Below are positions 1 to 10,817 of a stretch of DNA of 64,000 nucleotides, in pieces. Each line of letters starts with the position of its first letter. The stretch's first letter is position 1. Under the pieces are notes generated by a model, which was not told the DNA's origin, did not search any database, and saw only the letters and a list, made by a program, of their open reading frames with translations. Origin of the DNA: a virus; IMG/VR virus record IMGVR_UViG_3300021964_012561, positions 1 to 64,000 of that record; one strand, written 5' to 3'. The translations under genes were made by a program, and so were the position numbers.

Positions 1-3000
1 TTGTTGATTATCATACGACAGTTCAGTCAACTTTTAATCAGAGAGCTTTGCACATTGATTTTGACAAATCAGGTGTAGTAGCAGCTAGTAATACTTTGGA
101 TTGCGTCGGTGCATTAATAGAAATGGACGATTCAGCAACGAATAATGCTAGTTCAACTGTTCGAATGACAGGATTAGAAATTGACGTAGATTCTGCAAAC
201 TCGCAAGGAACGACTCAAAATGTTGGAATTGATTTAAATGTAATTAATGCGGATACAAACGAAGGTATTAGGATTAAAGCAGCAGACGGGACAGGATCTG
301 ACATTAAAATGATGTCTACTGCCAACAACAATGATTTTGCAACAATAGCAGTTGGAGCAAATGGAGAGACTACCATTACAACTGTTGATGATGATGCTGA
401 TAGTGCACACTTAAATTTAGTTGTCGATGGTGTTTTTAATGTACAAGTAGGTGGAACAACAAACTTTATAATCGATTCAACAAGTACAGTAATAAACAGC
501 TCCAGGAGGAATAAAGACACATTCATTAACGGAGATACAAATTATGGAACTTTCTTTTTAGATGCGTCAGATGAAAGTGTAATTATTGGTCATGAAGATT
601 TTGATTCAACTCCAACTGCTTCTGAAGTACCAGGATACGGCGCCGATGTCAAAATTATGCTATCAGGAACCGTTGGTACAAGAGGTAGCTCAACAAGAGG
701 CGTTGTTTTAATGCCAGGAGATTTGGTTGTTAGTGGTACAACGCATCATGAAAACAATGTTCAAATAACAGGATCTTTACAAGTTGACGGAGATATCTCA
801 CTACAACCATTGCATTATTTAAGATTCAACAATCCTGGAGATGATGATATTTCTATTAGGTCATTAGGCAATGATGATTTATGGATTGATGGAGATGATT
901 CTGTAAGTTTGGTGGCTGATGAAAATGTTGACATGTACATCGGAAGTCTTTCAAACACTTTCAATAGTGCGAACGGTTATCAAAGTTTAAATACGGGCAG
1001 AGGACAATTTGATTTTTCTGTAATGACAGATAACTACATGACGCTTTTGGTTTCTGGAGGAGATGATTCTGTTATAATTGGATCTGATGAAATAAATTAT
1101 GCTGCATTGGGAAGAAATATTCCTGGTTATGGTAATGATGTTAAAATAATGCTTTCAGGCTCAATAGGGACAAAAGACTCTTCAACAAGAGGGGTTGTCC
1201 TAGTTCCAGGTGATATGGTTGTAAGTGGATCTTTGTATGATGCTAGCGGAAATATAATTGATGCAACACCAACAGTGACAGGTACATTTCATGTACCAAC
1301 ACCTACTACAATGGTTACAACTTCTTCTGTTTCTTTTTCTGGAGAAGAAGGATTCAATTATGATCCATCAAACGTAGGCACTGATACACACTTCTTTGTT
1401 TCTGGTACAATCGGAAGTAAAGATACGGCAGTGGTTGGCACTTCTGTTTTTGGTGGCGATGTTGTAATTAGCGGATCTTCTTACCTGCTTGAAGATGCTT
1501 ACATGGGTCAAAATAAAAAACTTCTTTTTAGTGACTTAACAAATGCACAATACATTACTGGTTCCGGAACTGATGGAGGAATTTTAATTGATGCCGGCGC
1601 AGATCTTACAATTAAAAATTCAGGCGGAACATACTTTTATGTAGATCCACCAGGTCCGGACCCGATTACACTAACAAATCAATTTACTAATGAATCAAGT
1701 ACTTTTAATGAAAATAATTTAAATATTGATTTTAAGGTTAATACACAAAACCTAAATAACGCAATTTTTGTTGATGCATCAACAGATCAAGTCTTAATAT
1801 TGTCTGGAGGCGCAGGATCAAGTTTAAACCCGCAAGATTTTACAGATACTAACTTTTTTGTTTCTGGATCGATTGGCTCGCGAGGAACATCAACAAAAGG
1901 AACAACAGTTTTTGGTGGTGATGTTGTAATATCTGGTACTTTGCATGGCGGAAGCCCATTAAAAATAGCAGGTGGGATGGAAATTACCGGTTCTTTAACA
2001 ATGGAGGAAGGAAGTAAAATAGTTTTCCCATCAGGTGCAGGATTGACCGGTTCTTTGCAAGAGGTTAGTGAAGGAATACCTTATTTATTAGCTGGATCAA
2101 ATATAAGTATAACAACATCATCGAATGGTCAAGTCACAATTACATCAACAGGTGTCGCAGCTGGTGCTGGAGGATCCAACACGCAGGTTATTTTTAATAG
2201 TGGAGGAGCACAAGCTGGAGACTCAAACTTTACATTTAATAGTTCAACTGATACATTGACAGTAACTAATATCTCTGGTTCATTAACACAATTATCAGAT
2301 GGTACACCATACATCATACCTGGTACAAATGTATCAACGTCAACCGGGTCAAATGGTGCGATCACAATATCATCAACAGACACCAATACAACATACACAG
2401 CAGGTGATGGCCTAGATTTAGCAGGTACAGAGTTTTCTTTAGATATAAATGGTTTGTCTGTGGACTCAAATGCTGGTAATTTATTAGATTCTATAGCAAT
2501 TGCAGATAATAGTGATTCTAATAATGTTAAAAAAATAACTTTAACCCAACTCCAAACCTTAATAGATACTGATACAACTTATTCTACAGCAACTTCATCT
2601 GCATTAGGTTTAATAAAAATTGAAGACAATACAGAACAGACAGTGGCTGCCAATGCAGTTTCTTCAACAGCAAGTAGAACATACGGAATTCAGTTAAATA
2701 GTTCTGATCAAGCAGTCGTTAATGTACCATGGACTGACACCAATACAACATACACAGCAGGTGATGGCCTAGATTTAGCAGGTACAGAGTTTTCTTTAGA
2801 CCTTAAGGCTTCTGGAGGCCTTCAAATCGATGCAACAGAATTAGAAATTAATGACAGTATAGTTGCAACAATCAGTGGTTCAACTTTCACCGGAGATGTT
2901 AAGTTAGGTAATTTAACTTTGGACAACGGAGGAAACGAAATAGACGTAAGCTCTGGCGCTTTAACCTTAGATGTTGCAGGAAATATTGAGTTAAATGCAG

Positions 3001-4259
3001 ACGGCGGAACAATTGACTTTAAAGACGGAACGGAATCATTAATGCAATTGACAGATTCAGGAATTACTTTTGATGATGACACCGTAATCCAAGCAACAGA
3101 CGGAAATCTTTCTTTTAAGGCAACTGGTACAAATCATGATATAATATTTGCAGTTGATGATGCCGGCACTGACATAGATCCAGTTTTAACTATAGATGGA
3201 AGCAGCAACGGCAATCTATTACATACCCCTACAGATTCTGGCTATTTTGAAGTCAATGATTCAGACACTGACGGTTTATCCAGGTTGTATGGTTCGGGTT
3301 ATCTTAGATTAGATAGGTATTCAGATACAGCAACATTATCTCCAGTTATTAACTTTAGAAGATCTAGAGGGTCAGATGGATCAGAGGCTGCTGTACAAAG
3401 TGGTGACAGATTAGGACACCTTGGTTTTTACGGATATGATACAGCAGCCGGAGCAATTGCTGCAGAAATCATCGCTATCGCTGCAGCAAACCACGGGGAT
3501 GGAAGTGATTCTACAGATTCTCCTGGAAAATTAGAATTTTATACAACTCCTGACGGCACTTCTACTTCTACCCTGGCAATGACAATCAATTCAGATCAAA
3601 CTATCGACTTGACAGATAATTTAACAATCGGAGGAGATTCTGACGGATCTGATAGATTAATCACATTTGGGCATTCAACTTTAAAATCCGTAATTGGTAT
3701 CGACGATTCACAAGATGTGTTTGCAATCAATACAGACGCTTCTTTCGAAACAGATAATGATTTCGCAATTGACACAAATGGTAATGTAACAATGCCTAAC
3801 ACATGTTTCGTATCAGCACAACTAAGCACATCTGAAACAAATATAGCAATAAATACAATAACTGACGTCGTATTTGACACAGAACATTTTGATAATCAAA
3901 GTGCTTATAACAATACGACAGGAGTTTTTACTGCCCCTGTTGATGGCTATTATTTAGTGACAGTTAGATTGCAATTAGAATCTATAGATACAGCTGCATC
4001 TGAGTATAGAGTTGCTGTAACAGGTGGAGATGATACTGTAAAACCTCAATTCATGTATCATCAATTTGATCCAAATTTCTCATCAGATACTAGTAGTATT
4101 GCGCAATGGTCAATAGGTGGTACTTCTATGCACTATATGGATTCAGGTGATACAATCAAGGTGACAATTTACCAAGGTGCCGGAACACAACAAACTGATA
4201 TCGATGGTAGTACATCTGAAGGTATAGGATCAATTCTCCAAATAAGGCTTTTGGGATAA
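1..4259 (+). CDS. Giant mosaic tail fibre/adhesin with C-terminal C1q-like domain (5'-truncated)
   Basis: Frame is open back to base 3 (VDYHTTVQSTFNQRAL...). G/S/T/D-rich beta-repeat sequence with fibre motif VNVPWTDTNTTY. C-terminal VFDTEHFDNQSAYNNTTGVFTAPVDGYY is the C1q signature (~3801-4256). Confidence 0.8.
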   Translation, partial: VDYHTTVQSTFNQRALHIDFDKSGVVAASNTLDCVGALIEMDDSATNNASSTVRMTGLEIDVDSANSQGTTQNVGIDLNVINADTNEGIRIKAADGTGSDIKMMSTANNNDFATIAVGANGETTITTVDDDADSAHLNLVVDGVFNVQVGGTTNFIIDSTSTVINSSRRNKDTFINGDTNYGTFFLDASDESVIIGHEDFDSTPTASEVPGYGADVKIMLSGTVGTRGSSTRGVVLMPGDLVVSGTTHHENNVQITGSLQVDGDISLQPLHYLRFNNPGDDDISIRSLGNDDLWIDGDDSVSLVADENVDMYIGSLSNTFNSANGYQSLNTGRGQFDFSVMTDNYMTLLVSGGDDSVIIGSDEINYAALGRNIPGYGNDVKIMLSGSIGTKDSSTRGVVLVPGDMVVSGSLYDASGNIIDATPTVTGTFHVPTPTTMVTTSSVSFSGEEGFNYDPSNVGTDTHFFVSGTIGSKDTAVVGTSVFGGDVVISGSSYLLEDAYMGQNKKLLFSDLTNAQYITGSGTDGGILIDAGADLTIKNSGGTYFYVDPPGPDPITLTNQFTNESSTFNENNLNIDFKVNTQNLNNAIFVDASTDQVLILSGGAGSSLNPQDFTDTNFFVSGSIGSRGTSTKGTTVFGGDVVISGTLHGGSPLKIAGGMEITGSLTMEEGSKIVFPSGAGLTGSLQEVSEGIPYLLAGSNISITTSSNGQVTITSTGVAAGAGGSNTQVIFNSGGAQAGDSNFTFNSSTDTLTVTNISGSLTQLSDGTPYIIPGTNVSTSTGSNGAITISSTDTNTTYTAGDGLDLAGTEFSLDINGLSVDSNAGNLLDSIAIADNSDSNNVKKITLTQLQTLIDTDTTYSTATSSALGLIKIEDNTEQTVAANAVSSTASRTYGIQLNSSDQAVVNVPWTDTNTTYTAGDGLDLAGTEFSLDLKASGGLQIDATELEINDSIVATISGSTFTGDVKLGNLTLDNGGNEIDVSSGALTLDVAGNIELNADGGTIDFKDGTESLMQLTDSGITFDDDTVIQATDGNLSFKATGTNHDIIFAVDDAGTDIDPVLTIDGSSNGNLLHTPTDSGYFEVNDSDTDGLSRLYGSGYLRLDRYSDTATLSPVINFRRSRGSDGSEAAVQSGDRLGHLGFYGYDTAAGAIAAEIIAIAAANHGDGSDSTDSPGKLEFYTTPDGTSTSTLAMTINSDQTIDLTDNLTIGGDSDGSDRLITFGHSTLKSVIGIDDSQDVFAINTDASFETDNDFAIDTNGNVTMPNTCFVSAQLSTSETNIAINTITDVVFDTEHFDNQSAYNNTTGVFTAPVDGYYLVTVRLQLESIDTAASEYRVAVTGGDDTVKPQFMYHQFDPNFSSDTSSIAQWSIGGTSMHYMDSGDTIKVTIYQGAGTQQTDIDGSTSEGIGSILQIRLLG
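2379..2800 (+). repeat. Exact 65-bp direct repeat pair (2379-2443 and 2736-2800) inside the tail-fibre gene
   Basis: GACACCAATACAACATACACAGCAGGTGATGGCCTAGATTTAGCAGGTACAGAGTTTTCTTTAGA occurs twice, 357 bp apart and in frame (DTNTTYTAGDGLDLAGTEFSL). Confidence 0.95.
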
Positions 4260-4334
4260 AATAAATAAAATTTTAACTCTCTGAAAAATAGGGTAATATC
4301 CTCTAAGAATAATTAAATTTTTGGAGGATTTTTT

Positions 4335-6266
4335 ATGTTCTCGCAAAGCGTGTTTGAGACCAAGAAAAATAGAAATAAATATGAATTTCAAGAAGCAGAT
4401 GTTATCTTTGTGGCTGATCTATTCACTGATGAATACTCTGGTGGTGCTGAGCTTACCACAGAAGCATTGTTTGGAACTAGCCCCTATAAAACCTATAAGC
4501 TTAAATCAAGTGAACTAACAGAACAACTGGTTCAACAAGGTGTTAATAAAACTTGGATCTTTTTTAACTTTTCACAAATGAATTTAAACTTAATCCCACA
4601 GATCGTAGCAAATCTTTATTATTTTATAACAGAATATGATTATAAGTTTTGTCGTTATCGATCGATAGAATTGCATAAAAAAGAAACAGGAGAAGAATGC
4701 AATTGCCACGATTCAGATTATGGTAAATTTATTTCATCTTTTTTTGCCGGCTCTGAAAAAATCTTTTGGATGTCTGACCAGCAAAAAGAAAGGTATCAAG
4801 AAAGATTTCCATTTTTAACAGACGAAAAATCGATACGATTGACTTCAGTTTTTTCTGTAGAAGATTTAGAATTTATTGAAAAATTAAGAATTGAAAAAAG
4901 TGAAAAAAATAACAAAAAATGGGCGATTATAGGTTCTAACTCCTGGATTAAAGGAATCGAAGAAACAAAGCAAAAACTTGAGGCTTTCCTACCAGAAGAA
5001 TATGATTACGATATATTGTCCAGCCTAGATTATAAAAGTCTCTTAAGAAAACTTTCTGAATACGAAGGATTATGCTTTATGCCTTTGGGTGGTGATACAT
5101 GCCCAAGAATAGTAATTGAGGCAAACTTATTAGGTTTAGAGCTTTATATTAATGATAATGTTCAACACACCTCCGAAGAATGGTGGGGTGGGACCTCTGA
5201 TGAAATTGAATCTTATCTTCTTGACGGACATAAACGTTTTTGGGACGAGATTGAACGACATTTAAACAGAGAAATAAAATTAAGTGGTTATACCACAATC
5301 AAAAATGTAATCTCTAGTGATTATCCTTGGAAACAGAGTATTAAATCTCTTTTAGGTTTTTGTGATGAAGTTGTAGTTCTTGATGGTGGCTCTGATGACG
5401 GATCTTATAAAGAGTTGCTTAAGTGGTCAAAAGAAGAACCAAAACTAGTAGTAAAACAAATTAAAAGAGATTGGAATAATCCTCGTTTTGCAATGTTTGA
5501 CGGTGCAAATAAGGCAATCGCAAGAACATTGTGTACAGGAGAGTGGTGTTGGCAACAAGATGTTGATGAAATTGTTCATGAAGATGATTACCAAAAAATC
5601 AAACCATTGATTAGGCAAATGCCAAAAGCATTAAAATTACTATGCCTACCAGTAATCGAGTATTGGGGATCGAATAAAAAAGTAAGAGTAGATGTTAATC
5701 CTTGGAAATGGAGGTTGAGTAGAAATGATACCCACATTACACATGGGATTCCAGCAGAACACCGAAGGTATGATCAAGACGGAAATGTTTTTTCAATAGG
5801 TTCAGACGGTTGTGATTATGTACACAATGACAATTATCAACCTATACCACATTCAACTTTTTACACACCAGAATTACATCAAGTAAGATTGCAAGCACTA
5901 TCAGGAGATGAAAAAAGTTTAAGTGTTTATGAAAATTATTTAAATCAAGTTGTAAACCAATTACCTGGTGTGTACCATTATTCGTGGTTTGATATAAAAA
6001 GAAAAATCTATACTTATAAAAATTATTGGTCGAAACATTGGACTTCAATGTACAACAAGTCAATAGAAGACACACCAGAGAATAACATGTTTTTTAACAA
6101 AAAATGGTCTGATGTATCAGATGAAGAAATTAGAAACCTAGCTATAAAAATGGAAGAAGAATTAGGAGGCTGGGTTTTTCATCAAAAAATTGATTTTTCT
6201 AAACCTACTCCTTGGATAACAATTAACCGATCAGAACCTGATCTATCTCAAGAATGGACAAAATAA
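4335..6266 (+). CDS. Two-domain glycosyltransferase (GT-B/GT4-like N-term + GT2 C-term)
   Basis: N-term GGAE and DTCPRIVIEA (GT4-like). C-term DEVVVLDGGSDDGS and QQDVDE (GT2 DxD). GGAGG RBS upstream. Confidence 0.8.
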   Translation: MFSQSVFETKKNRNKYEFQEADVIFVADLFTDEYSGGAELTTEALFGTSPYKTYKLKSSELTEQLVQQGVNKTWIFFNFSQMNLNLIPQIVANLYYFITEYDYKFCRYRSIELHKKETGEECNCHDSDYGKFISSFFAGSEKIFWMSDQQKERYQERFPFLTDEKSIRLTSVFSVEDLEFIEKLRIEKSEKNNKKWAIIGSNSWIKGIEETKQKLEAFLPEEYDYDILSSLDYKSLLRKLSEYEGLCFMPLGGDTCPRIVIEANLLGLELYINDNVQHTSEEWWGGTSDEIESYLLDGHKRFWDEIERHLNREIKLSGYTTIKNVISSDYPWKQSIKSLLGFCDEVVVLDGGSDDGSYKELLKWSKEEPKLVVKQIKRDWNNPRFAMFDGANKAIARTLCTGEWCWQQDVDEIVHEDDYQKIKPLIRQMPKALKLLCLPVIEYWGSNKKVRVDVNPWKWRLSRNDTHITHGIPAEHRRYDQDGNVFSIGSDGCDYVHNDNYQPIPHSTFYTPELHQVRLQALSGDEKSLSVYENYLNQVVNQLPGVYHYSWFDIKRKIYTYKNYWSKHWTSMYNKSIEDTPENNMFFNKKWSDVSDEEIRNLAIKMEEELGGWVFHQKIDFSKPTPWITINRSEPDLSQEWTK

Positions 6267-6277
6267 AGAGGCGATAA

Positions 6278-6991
6278 ATGAAAGTAGTTTTTATAATACC
6301 GATGTTCAATGCAGCACCGCACGTTGGAGAATTAGTAAAGTCATTACAAGATCAAAAAAATACTAATTGGGAAGCCGTAATTATTGACGACATGTCAGAA
6401 GACGATACTATTTTTATGGTTAATCATGCCGTAGGAAATGATGAAAGATTTAAATTTATTGTCAATAAAGAAAAAAAATATGCACTTAAAAACGTAGTTG
6501 AAAATTCAATTAATACCGCCAAAGAAAAAAATTGTATCATTGCAATTTTAGATGGAGATGATGCGCTTTGCAATGAAGACACTGTTGATCTTATCTTAAG
6601 TGCTTATAAAGATGACGATGTAGGTACAGTTTGGACAGCTCATAAATGGGACATTAATAATATGAACATTTCAAAAGATTTACCTGATAACATTAGGGTT
6701 AACCCTTATGAATACCCGTGGGTATCTTCTCATTTAAAAACTTTTAGATCTAATTTAATTTTAGAAATCAATAAAGAAAATTTTAAAGACATCGATGGTA
6801 ACTGGTTTAAAAGAGGCTATGATCAAGCATTGTATTTGCCGTTAATGTATCTAAGCATTAAAAGAGTTTTTATACCTGAAGTTTGTTATCTTTATCGCAT
6901 AAATTCTAATTCAATGAAACATAGAGAATGGAAAGAGCAAGATCAATTAAGTACAGTCAAACTTATTAGAGCAAGAGGTTTTATAAAATGA
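6278..6991 (+). CDS. GT2 glycosyltransferase
   Basis: IIPMFNA, IIDDMSEDDT, ILDGDD, YLYR motifs. Confidence 0.9.
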   Translation: MKVVFIIPMFNAAPHVGELVKSLQDQKNTNWEAVIIDDMSEDDTIFMVNHAVGNDERFKFIVNKEKKYALKNVVENSINTAKEKNCIIAILDGDDALCNEDTVDLILSAYKDDDVGTVWTAHKWDINNMNISKDLPDNIRVNPYEYPWVSSHLKTFRSNLILEINKENFKDIDGNWFKRGYDQALYLPLMYLSIKRVFIPEVCYLYRINSNSMKHREWKEQDQLSTVKLIRARGFIK

Positions 6992-7341
6992 AACCAAAGA
7001 TAATTAAAAAGCCTTGGGGATGGGAAGAGATATGGGCAGACATTCCAGGCAAGTACCTTGGAAAAACAATCAATATTAATATGAAAGAAAGGCTTTCACT
7101 TCAGTATCATGAAAAAAAAGACGAAACAATTTATGTGATGAGAGGTGTACTAGTACTCTACATTAAAAACAAATATACAGAAAGTGTTAAAAAAATTGAT
7201 TTAGGCCCAGGCCAGTGTTATCACATACCTGCAAAAACAATACATAGATTTTCTGCAGAAAAAGGAGACGTTGCAATTTGTGAAGTAAGCACTTATTATC
7301 CAGATGATGTTGTTAGATTAGAGGATGATTATAATAGATGA
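6988..7341 (+). CDS. Cupin, mannose-6-phosphate isomerase type II-like
   Basis: KPWG, LSLQYHEKKDE, IPAKTIHRF, DVVRLEDDY. Confidence 0.8.
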   Translation: MKPKIIKKPWGWEEIWADIPGKYLGKTININMKERLSLQYHEKKDETIYVMRGVLVLYIKNKYTESVKKIDLGPGQCYHIPAKTIHRFSAEKGDVAICEVSTYYPDDVVRLEDDYNR

Positions 7342-8294
7342 AATACAAAATTTTAATGATTGGAAAACCTGGTGGCAATTTAGTAAGAACATATGACTGG
7401 CACATTAAAGCATTAAATAATGATAGTCAAAAAAGATATCAGGTAGATTGTATTCATTCACTTGGAAACAAAGTTAACTTAGCTGATTATAACATTTTTT
7501 GGTTTTATGCAAAAGCATTTCAGCCTCAACTATATCATACTATAAAACAGCTAATGCCTCATTCAAAGACAATTTTTGGGCCTAATATTTTACTTGATAA
7601 ACCTGACTTAGGGCCTAGTGATGAATGGGACAATTGGTATATTAATCATTGTAATCCTGACATACATTTGGATCAAGTTGCATTTTATTCTGATCATGTC
7701 AATAAATTTTTAAGAGAAGATGTCAGAAAAACTTCTAGGTGTCTTAATAAATGTATTGAATTAGATGACAACTTATATAAGCCGGATACAAAAAAAATAT
7801 ATGATTGTTTAATTTATTCCAAAAAAAGAAGATATGATGTAAATTTTGAGGATTTTAGATACGAATTATTGCTTTTGTTAGAAAAAAATAACATTAAATT
7901 TTGTGAAATACCTGCAGGAAAATTTGGCAAATACGAAAGAAAAGATTATTTTGATTTACTAAATAAATCAAAAGTTACTGTTAATTTAAGCTTAGACGAA
8001 TGTCCAGGCATTTTAAATTATGAATCAATGTTTTTAAACGTACCTGTCATAGGTTCACCTCACAATGTTCCAATAACTTCTGCTAAGGCACTTCATGTAT
8101 TAAATACAGACGAAATGACATCAAAATACTTAGTTAGAAAAAAATCAGCTGCAGAAAAATACTTTAAAAAAATTAAAGCATTCTTGTCAGGAGAAATAAA
8201 ATTAGAATCAAATCACAGAGAATGGGTGCTGAAAGAAACTAGTTTTAAAAAATATTGTGATCGTCTTGAAAACTTAATTAAAGAGGTAAAATGA
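7338..8294 (+). CDS. Putative GT-B glycosyltransferase
   Basis: C-terminal ECPGILNYESMFLNVPVI resembles the GT4 E-x7-E motif; glycan-cluster context. Confidence 0.65.
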   Translation: MKYKILMIGKPGGNLVRTYDWHIKALNNDSQKRYQVDCIHSLGNKVNLADYNIFWFYAKAFQPQLYHTIKQLMPHSKTIFGPNILLDKPDLGPSDEWDNWYINHCNPDIHLDQVAFYSDHVNKFLREDVRKTSRCLNKCIELDDNLYKPDTKKIYDCLIYSKKRRYDVNFEDFRYELLLLLEKNNIKFCEIPAGKFGKYERKDYFDLLNKSKVTVNLSLDECPGILNYESMFLNVPVIGSPHNVPITSAKALHVLNTDEMTSKYLVRKKSAAEKYFKKIKAFLSGEIKLESNHREWVLKETSFKKYCDRLENLIKEVK

Positions 8295-9298
8295 TTAATT
8301 TAAATTTTTTAACTTCTAACACAAATATTAACAGAGGATCATACAGAATCTGGGTTCATGACATTAATAATCTATTGATTGAAAATGAAGAGATTAATTC
8401 TAAGATAGTAACTAATTCTAAAAAAATTGATAAAAATTGTGATGTTATTATCTTAGGAAAGTCGTGCTATAAAAACGTGGACTTAATAAAAAAAGAACAC
8501 CCAACAAAAATCATAGGCGCAATTAATATAGATGCTGATTTTAAAAACAAAAACATAGACTTTGTTATAGTAGGTTCTATCGAAGAATATACCAGTATGT
8601 CTTTTTATGAAAATGTTTTTATCGTTGATTTAATTGAAGAAAAATTTATGAAAGTTCCGATAAAAAATCATGTTGATAAAAATAATCTAGTACTTGGTTA
8701 TCATGGGCATCACCCACATCTATTTAAGTTTTTCCCATTTTTAAAATCAGCAATTGAAAACATTAACAAAGAAATAGATTTAACTTTAAAAGTAATAATT
8801 GGTGATAAAAACTTTAATTGGCAGCATGGAAAACCTGAAATTGATAATTTAGAAATTCTTTATTATGATGAAATCAACGTAAGTGAAACAATTAAAACAT
8901 TTGACGTAGGCATTGTTCCTAATGTTTTAGATATGAGAGTTTTTGATAGTTTTAATCAAATTGCAAATTTTAAAAATTTAGAAATAGGAATCAACACAAC
9001 AGATTATTTTTTAAGATTTAAAAACAAAACGAACCCAGGGCGTGCTTATGTTTTTTATCAACATGGAATTCCAGTAATACATGACTTAAGCCCAAGTAGC
9101 TACGCTTTCATGCAAGAAGCAGGTTTATATTCTTGTGCACATGATGCTGAATCTTGGGAAAAAGAAATTAAAAATTTTATAGACTATAAAAATAGAAATA
9201 AACACGCAAAATCTTTCTATGAAATTTTCCATAAAAAATTCAATAAAGAAAATAGAACTAATAATTTTGTAAATGCAATTAAAAGTTTAATAAAATAA
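8291..9298 (+). CDS. Putative GT-B glycosyltransferase
   Basis: GSYRI start, LGYHG, FDVGIVP, KTNPGR, GIPVI: divergent GT4-like pattern. Confidence 0.6.
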   Translation: MINLNFLTSNTNINRGSYRIWVHDINNLLIENEEINSKIVTNSKKIDKNCDVIILGKSCYKNVDLIKKEHPTKIIGAINIDADFKNKNIDFVIVGSIEEYTSMSFYENVFIVDLIEEKFMKVPIKNHVDKNNLVLGYHGHHPHLFKFFPFLKSAIENINKEIDLTLKVIIGDKNFNWQHGKPEIDNLEILYYDEINVSETIKTFDVGIVPNVLDMRVFDSFNQIANFKNLEIGINTTDYFLRFKNKTNPGRAYVFYQHGIPVIHDLSPSSYAFMQEAGLYSCAHDAESWEKEIKNFIDYKNRNKHAKSFYEIFHKKFNKENRTNNFVNAIKSLIK

Positions 9299-9313
9299 AA
9301 AAAAGAGGTACAA

Positions 9314-10078
9314 ATGAACAAAATAGCAGAAAAAGGTTATCTTTATATTGCCTATGGTGAAGCTTTTACTAAAGAAGCATTAATGTCAATAGAATCTTTA
9401 AGAAGATACACTGACTTACCTATTGCAATTTACACAGATCAAAAAGATTTAGCAGAAGAAAAAAAAGATAAATTAAAAATTACTTTAATCGGTCAAATTG
9501 TTGCAAAACACTTAAGGGCAAAAGTAGATTATATGGATCAATCTCCATTCATAAATACGGTATTTATGGATTCTGATACTGTGGTTGTAAGAAATTGCGA
9601 CGACATGTTTGCTCTTTTAGAAAGATTCGATGTTGCAATTGTAAATGATTATGCAAGAAAAAGATTGAAATATTCAAAAATAGTTCCGGAATATGGTGAA
9701 ATTCCTTATGCTTTTTCTGAGGCAAATAGTGGTGTAATTGCTTTTAACAGTTCTACAAGAACAGATACTTTTCTTAAAATGTGGAAAGAGTATTTTTATA
9801 AGTACTATCAGCAAACAAACGGCTGGGATCAAGTAAGTTTTAGAATATCTTTGTGGAAAAGCAATGTAAGAATTCACCACATGCCTTTTGAATACAATGT
9901 CAGAAGCGCCGCAAATAGAGAAAAACAAAATCATTACAAAAGAGAATTTGGCGAAGATCATATGGAGTCAAGGATTATTCACATACATTACGATAATGAA
10001 ATACATAAAGGTATCTATAAAATTGATGACGTTGATGAGCTTGAAAGAATTGTAAAAGAAAAAGCTGTGGTATACTAA
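9314..10078 (+). CDS. GT-A glycosyltransferase (GT8/nucleotide-diphospho-sugar transferase-like)
   Basis: GYLYIAYG, FMDSDT (DxD), NSGVIAF, WDQVSFR, EYN, IIH. Confidence 0.75.
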   Translation: MNKIAEKGYLYIAYGEAFTKEALMSIESLRRYTDLPIAIYTDQKDLAEEKKDKLKITLIGQIVAKHLRAKVDYMDQSPFINTVFMDSDTVVVRNCDDMFALLERFDVAIVNDYARKRLKYSKIVPEYGEIPYAFSEANSGVIAFNSSTRTDTFLKMWKEYFYKYYQQTNGWDQVSFRISLWKSNVRIHHMPFEYNVRSAANREKQNHYKREFGEDHMESRIIHIHYDNEIHKGIYKIDDVDELERIVKEKAVVY

Positions 10079-10079
10079 A

Positions 10080-10817
10080 ATGACCAATATTTTACAAGAT
10101 CTTTTTGAAAACAAGAAAGTTGCATTAGTAGGTCCTGCAAAGTATATGACCAACTTGCCGCTAGGAAAAGAAATTGACAGTCATGATACAGTTGTTAGGA
10201 TTAATAGATCTTGGGAGTCTATTAGCAGTCATAACAAGAGCATAGGTAGTAGAACAGATGTATTATATTCCTGCTTGATTGAAAAACCGGCAAATGCAGG
10301 AGAAATAAATGTTGAAAAATATGTTGAAAATAACATTAAGTTAGTTTGCGCACCTCCAGCATCTAGCATGAAAGGATTGTCAAACGAAACAAGATTTCAC
10401 GATTTAATTGACATAGAAAAAATTGAAAAATTAAATCAAAAAATACCTGTCAGATTAGTTGATCATCATTTTCATAATGCCTTGGCATATAAAGTAGATT
10501 GCCGACCTAACACAGGATTTGTAGCCATTTATGACATCTTAAGAATGAATCCAAAATTTTTATCAATTTATGGTTTTAGTTTTTACTTAGATGGTTTTAT
10601 TCCCGGTGTTAAGAAAGGAATAATAAACGAACAAAATAAAACTGAAGCTGAGTTTGCAAATCAATGCTTTAATTCAAAGCGCCACGTCCAAAAAAATATG
10701 TGGCAATTTGCTAAAGAAACGCTTTTAAACAATGAAAAAGTAAATTTAGATTCTCAGTTAAAGATTATTTTAGAGTTGGAAAGATTAGACAAAAGCCTTT
10801 ATGAAAAGAAAAAATGA
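10080..10817 (+). CDS. GT29 sialyltransferase-like glycosyltransferase
   Basis: Sialylmotif-L-like VALVGPA..LGKEIDSHDTVVRIN..GSRTD, motif-S-like PNTGFVAI..LSIYGFSF, and a downstream His. Confidence 0.75.
   Translation: MTNILQDLFENKKVALVGPAKYMTNLPLGKEIDSHDTVVRINRSWESISSHNKSIGSRTDVLYSCLIEKPANAGEINVEKYVENNIKLVCAPPASSMKGLSNETRFHDLIDIEKIEKLNQKIPVRLVDHHFHNALAYKVDCRPNTGFVAIYDILRMNPKFLSIYGFSFYLDGFIPGVKKGIINEQNKTEAEFANQCFNSKRHVQKNMWQFAKETLLNNEKVNLDSQLKIILELERLDKSLYEKKK

Noticed and set aside
3801-4334. Diversity-generating retroelement or invertase targeting the fibre tip
   Set aside because: No reverse transcriptase, recombinase or adenine-variant template repeat is visible; the 65-bp repeat is exact and mid-gene.
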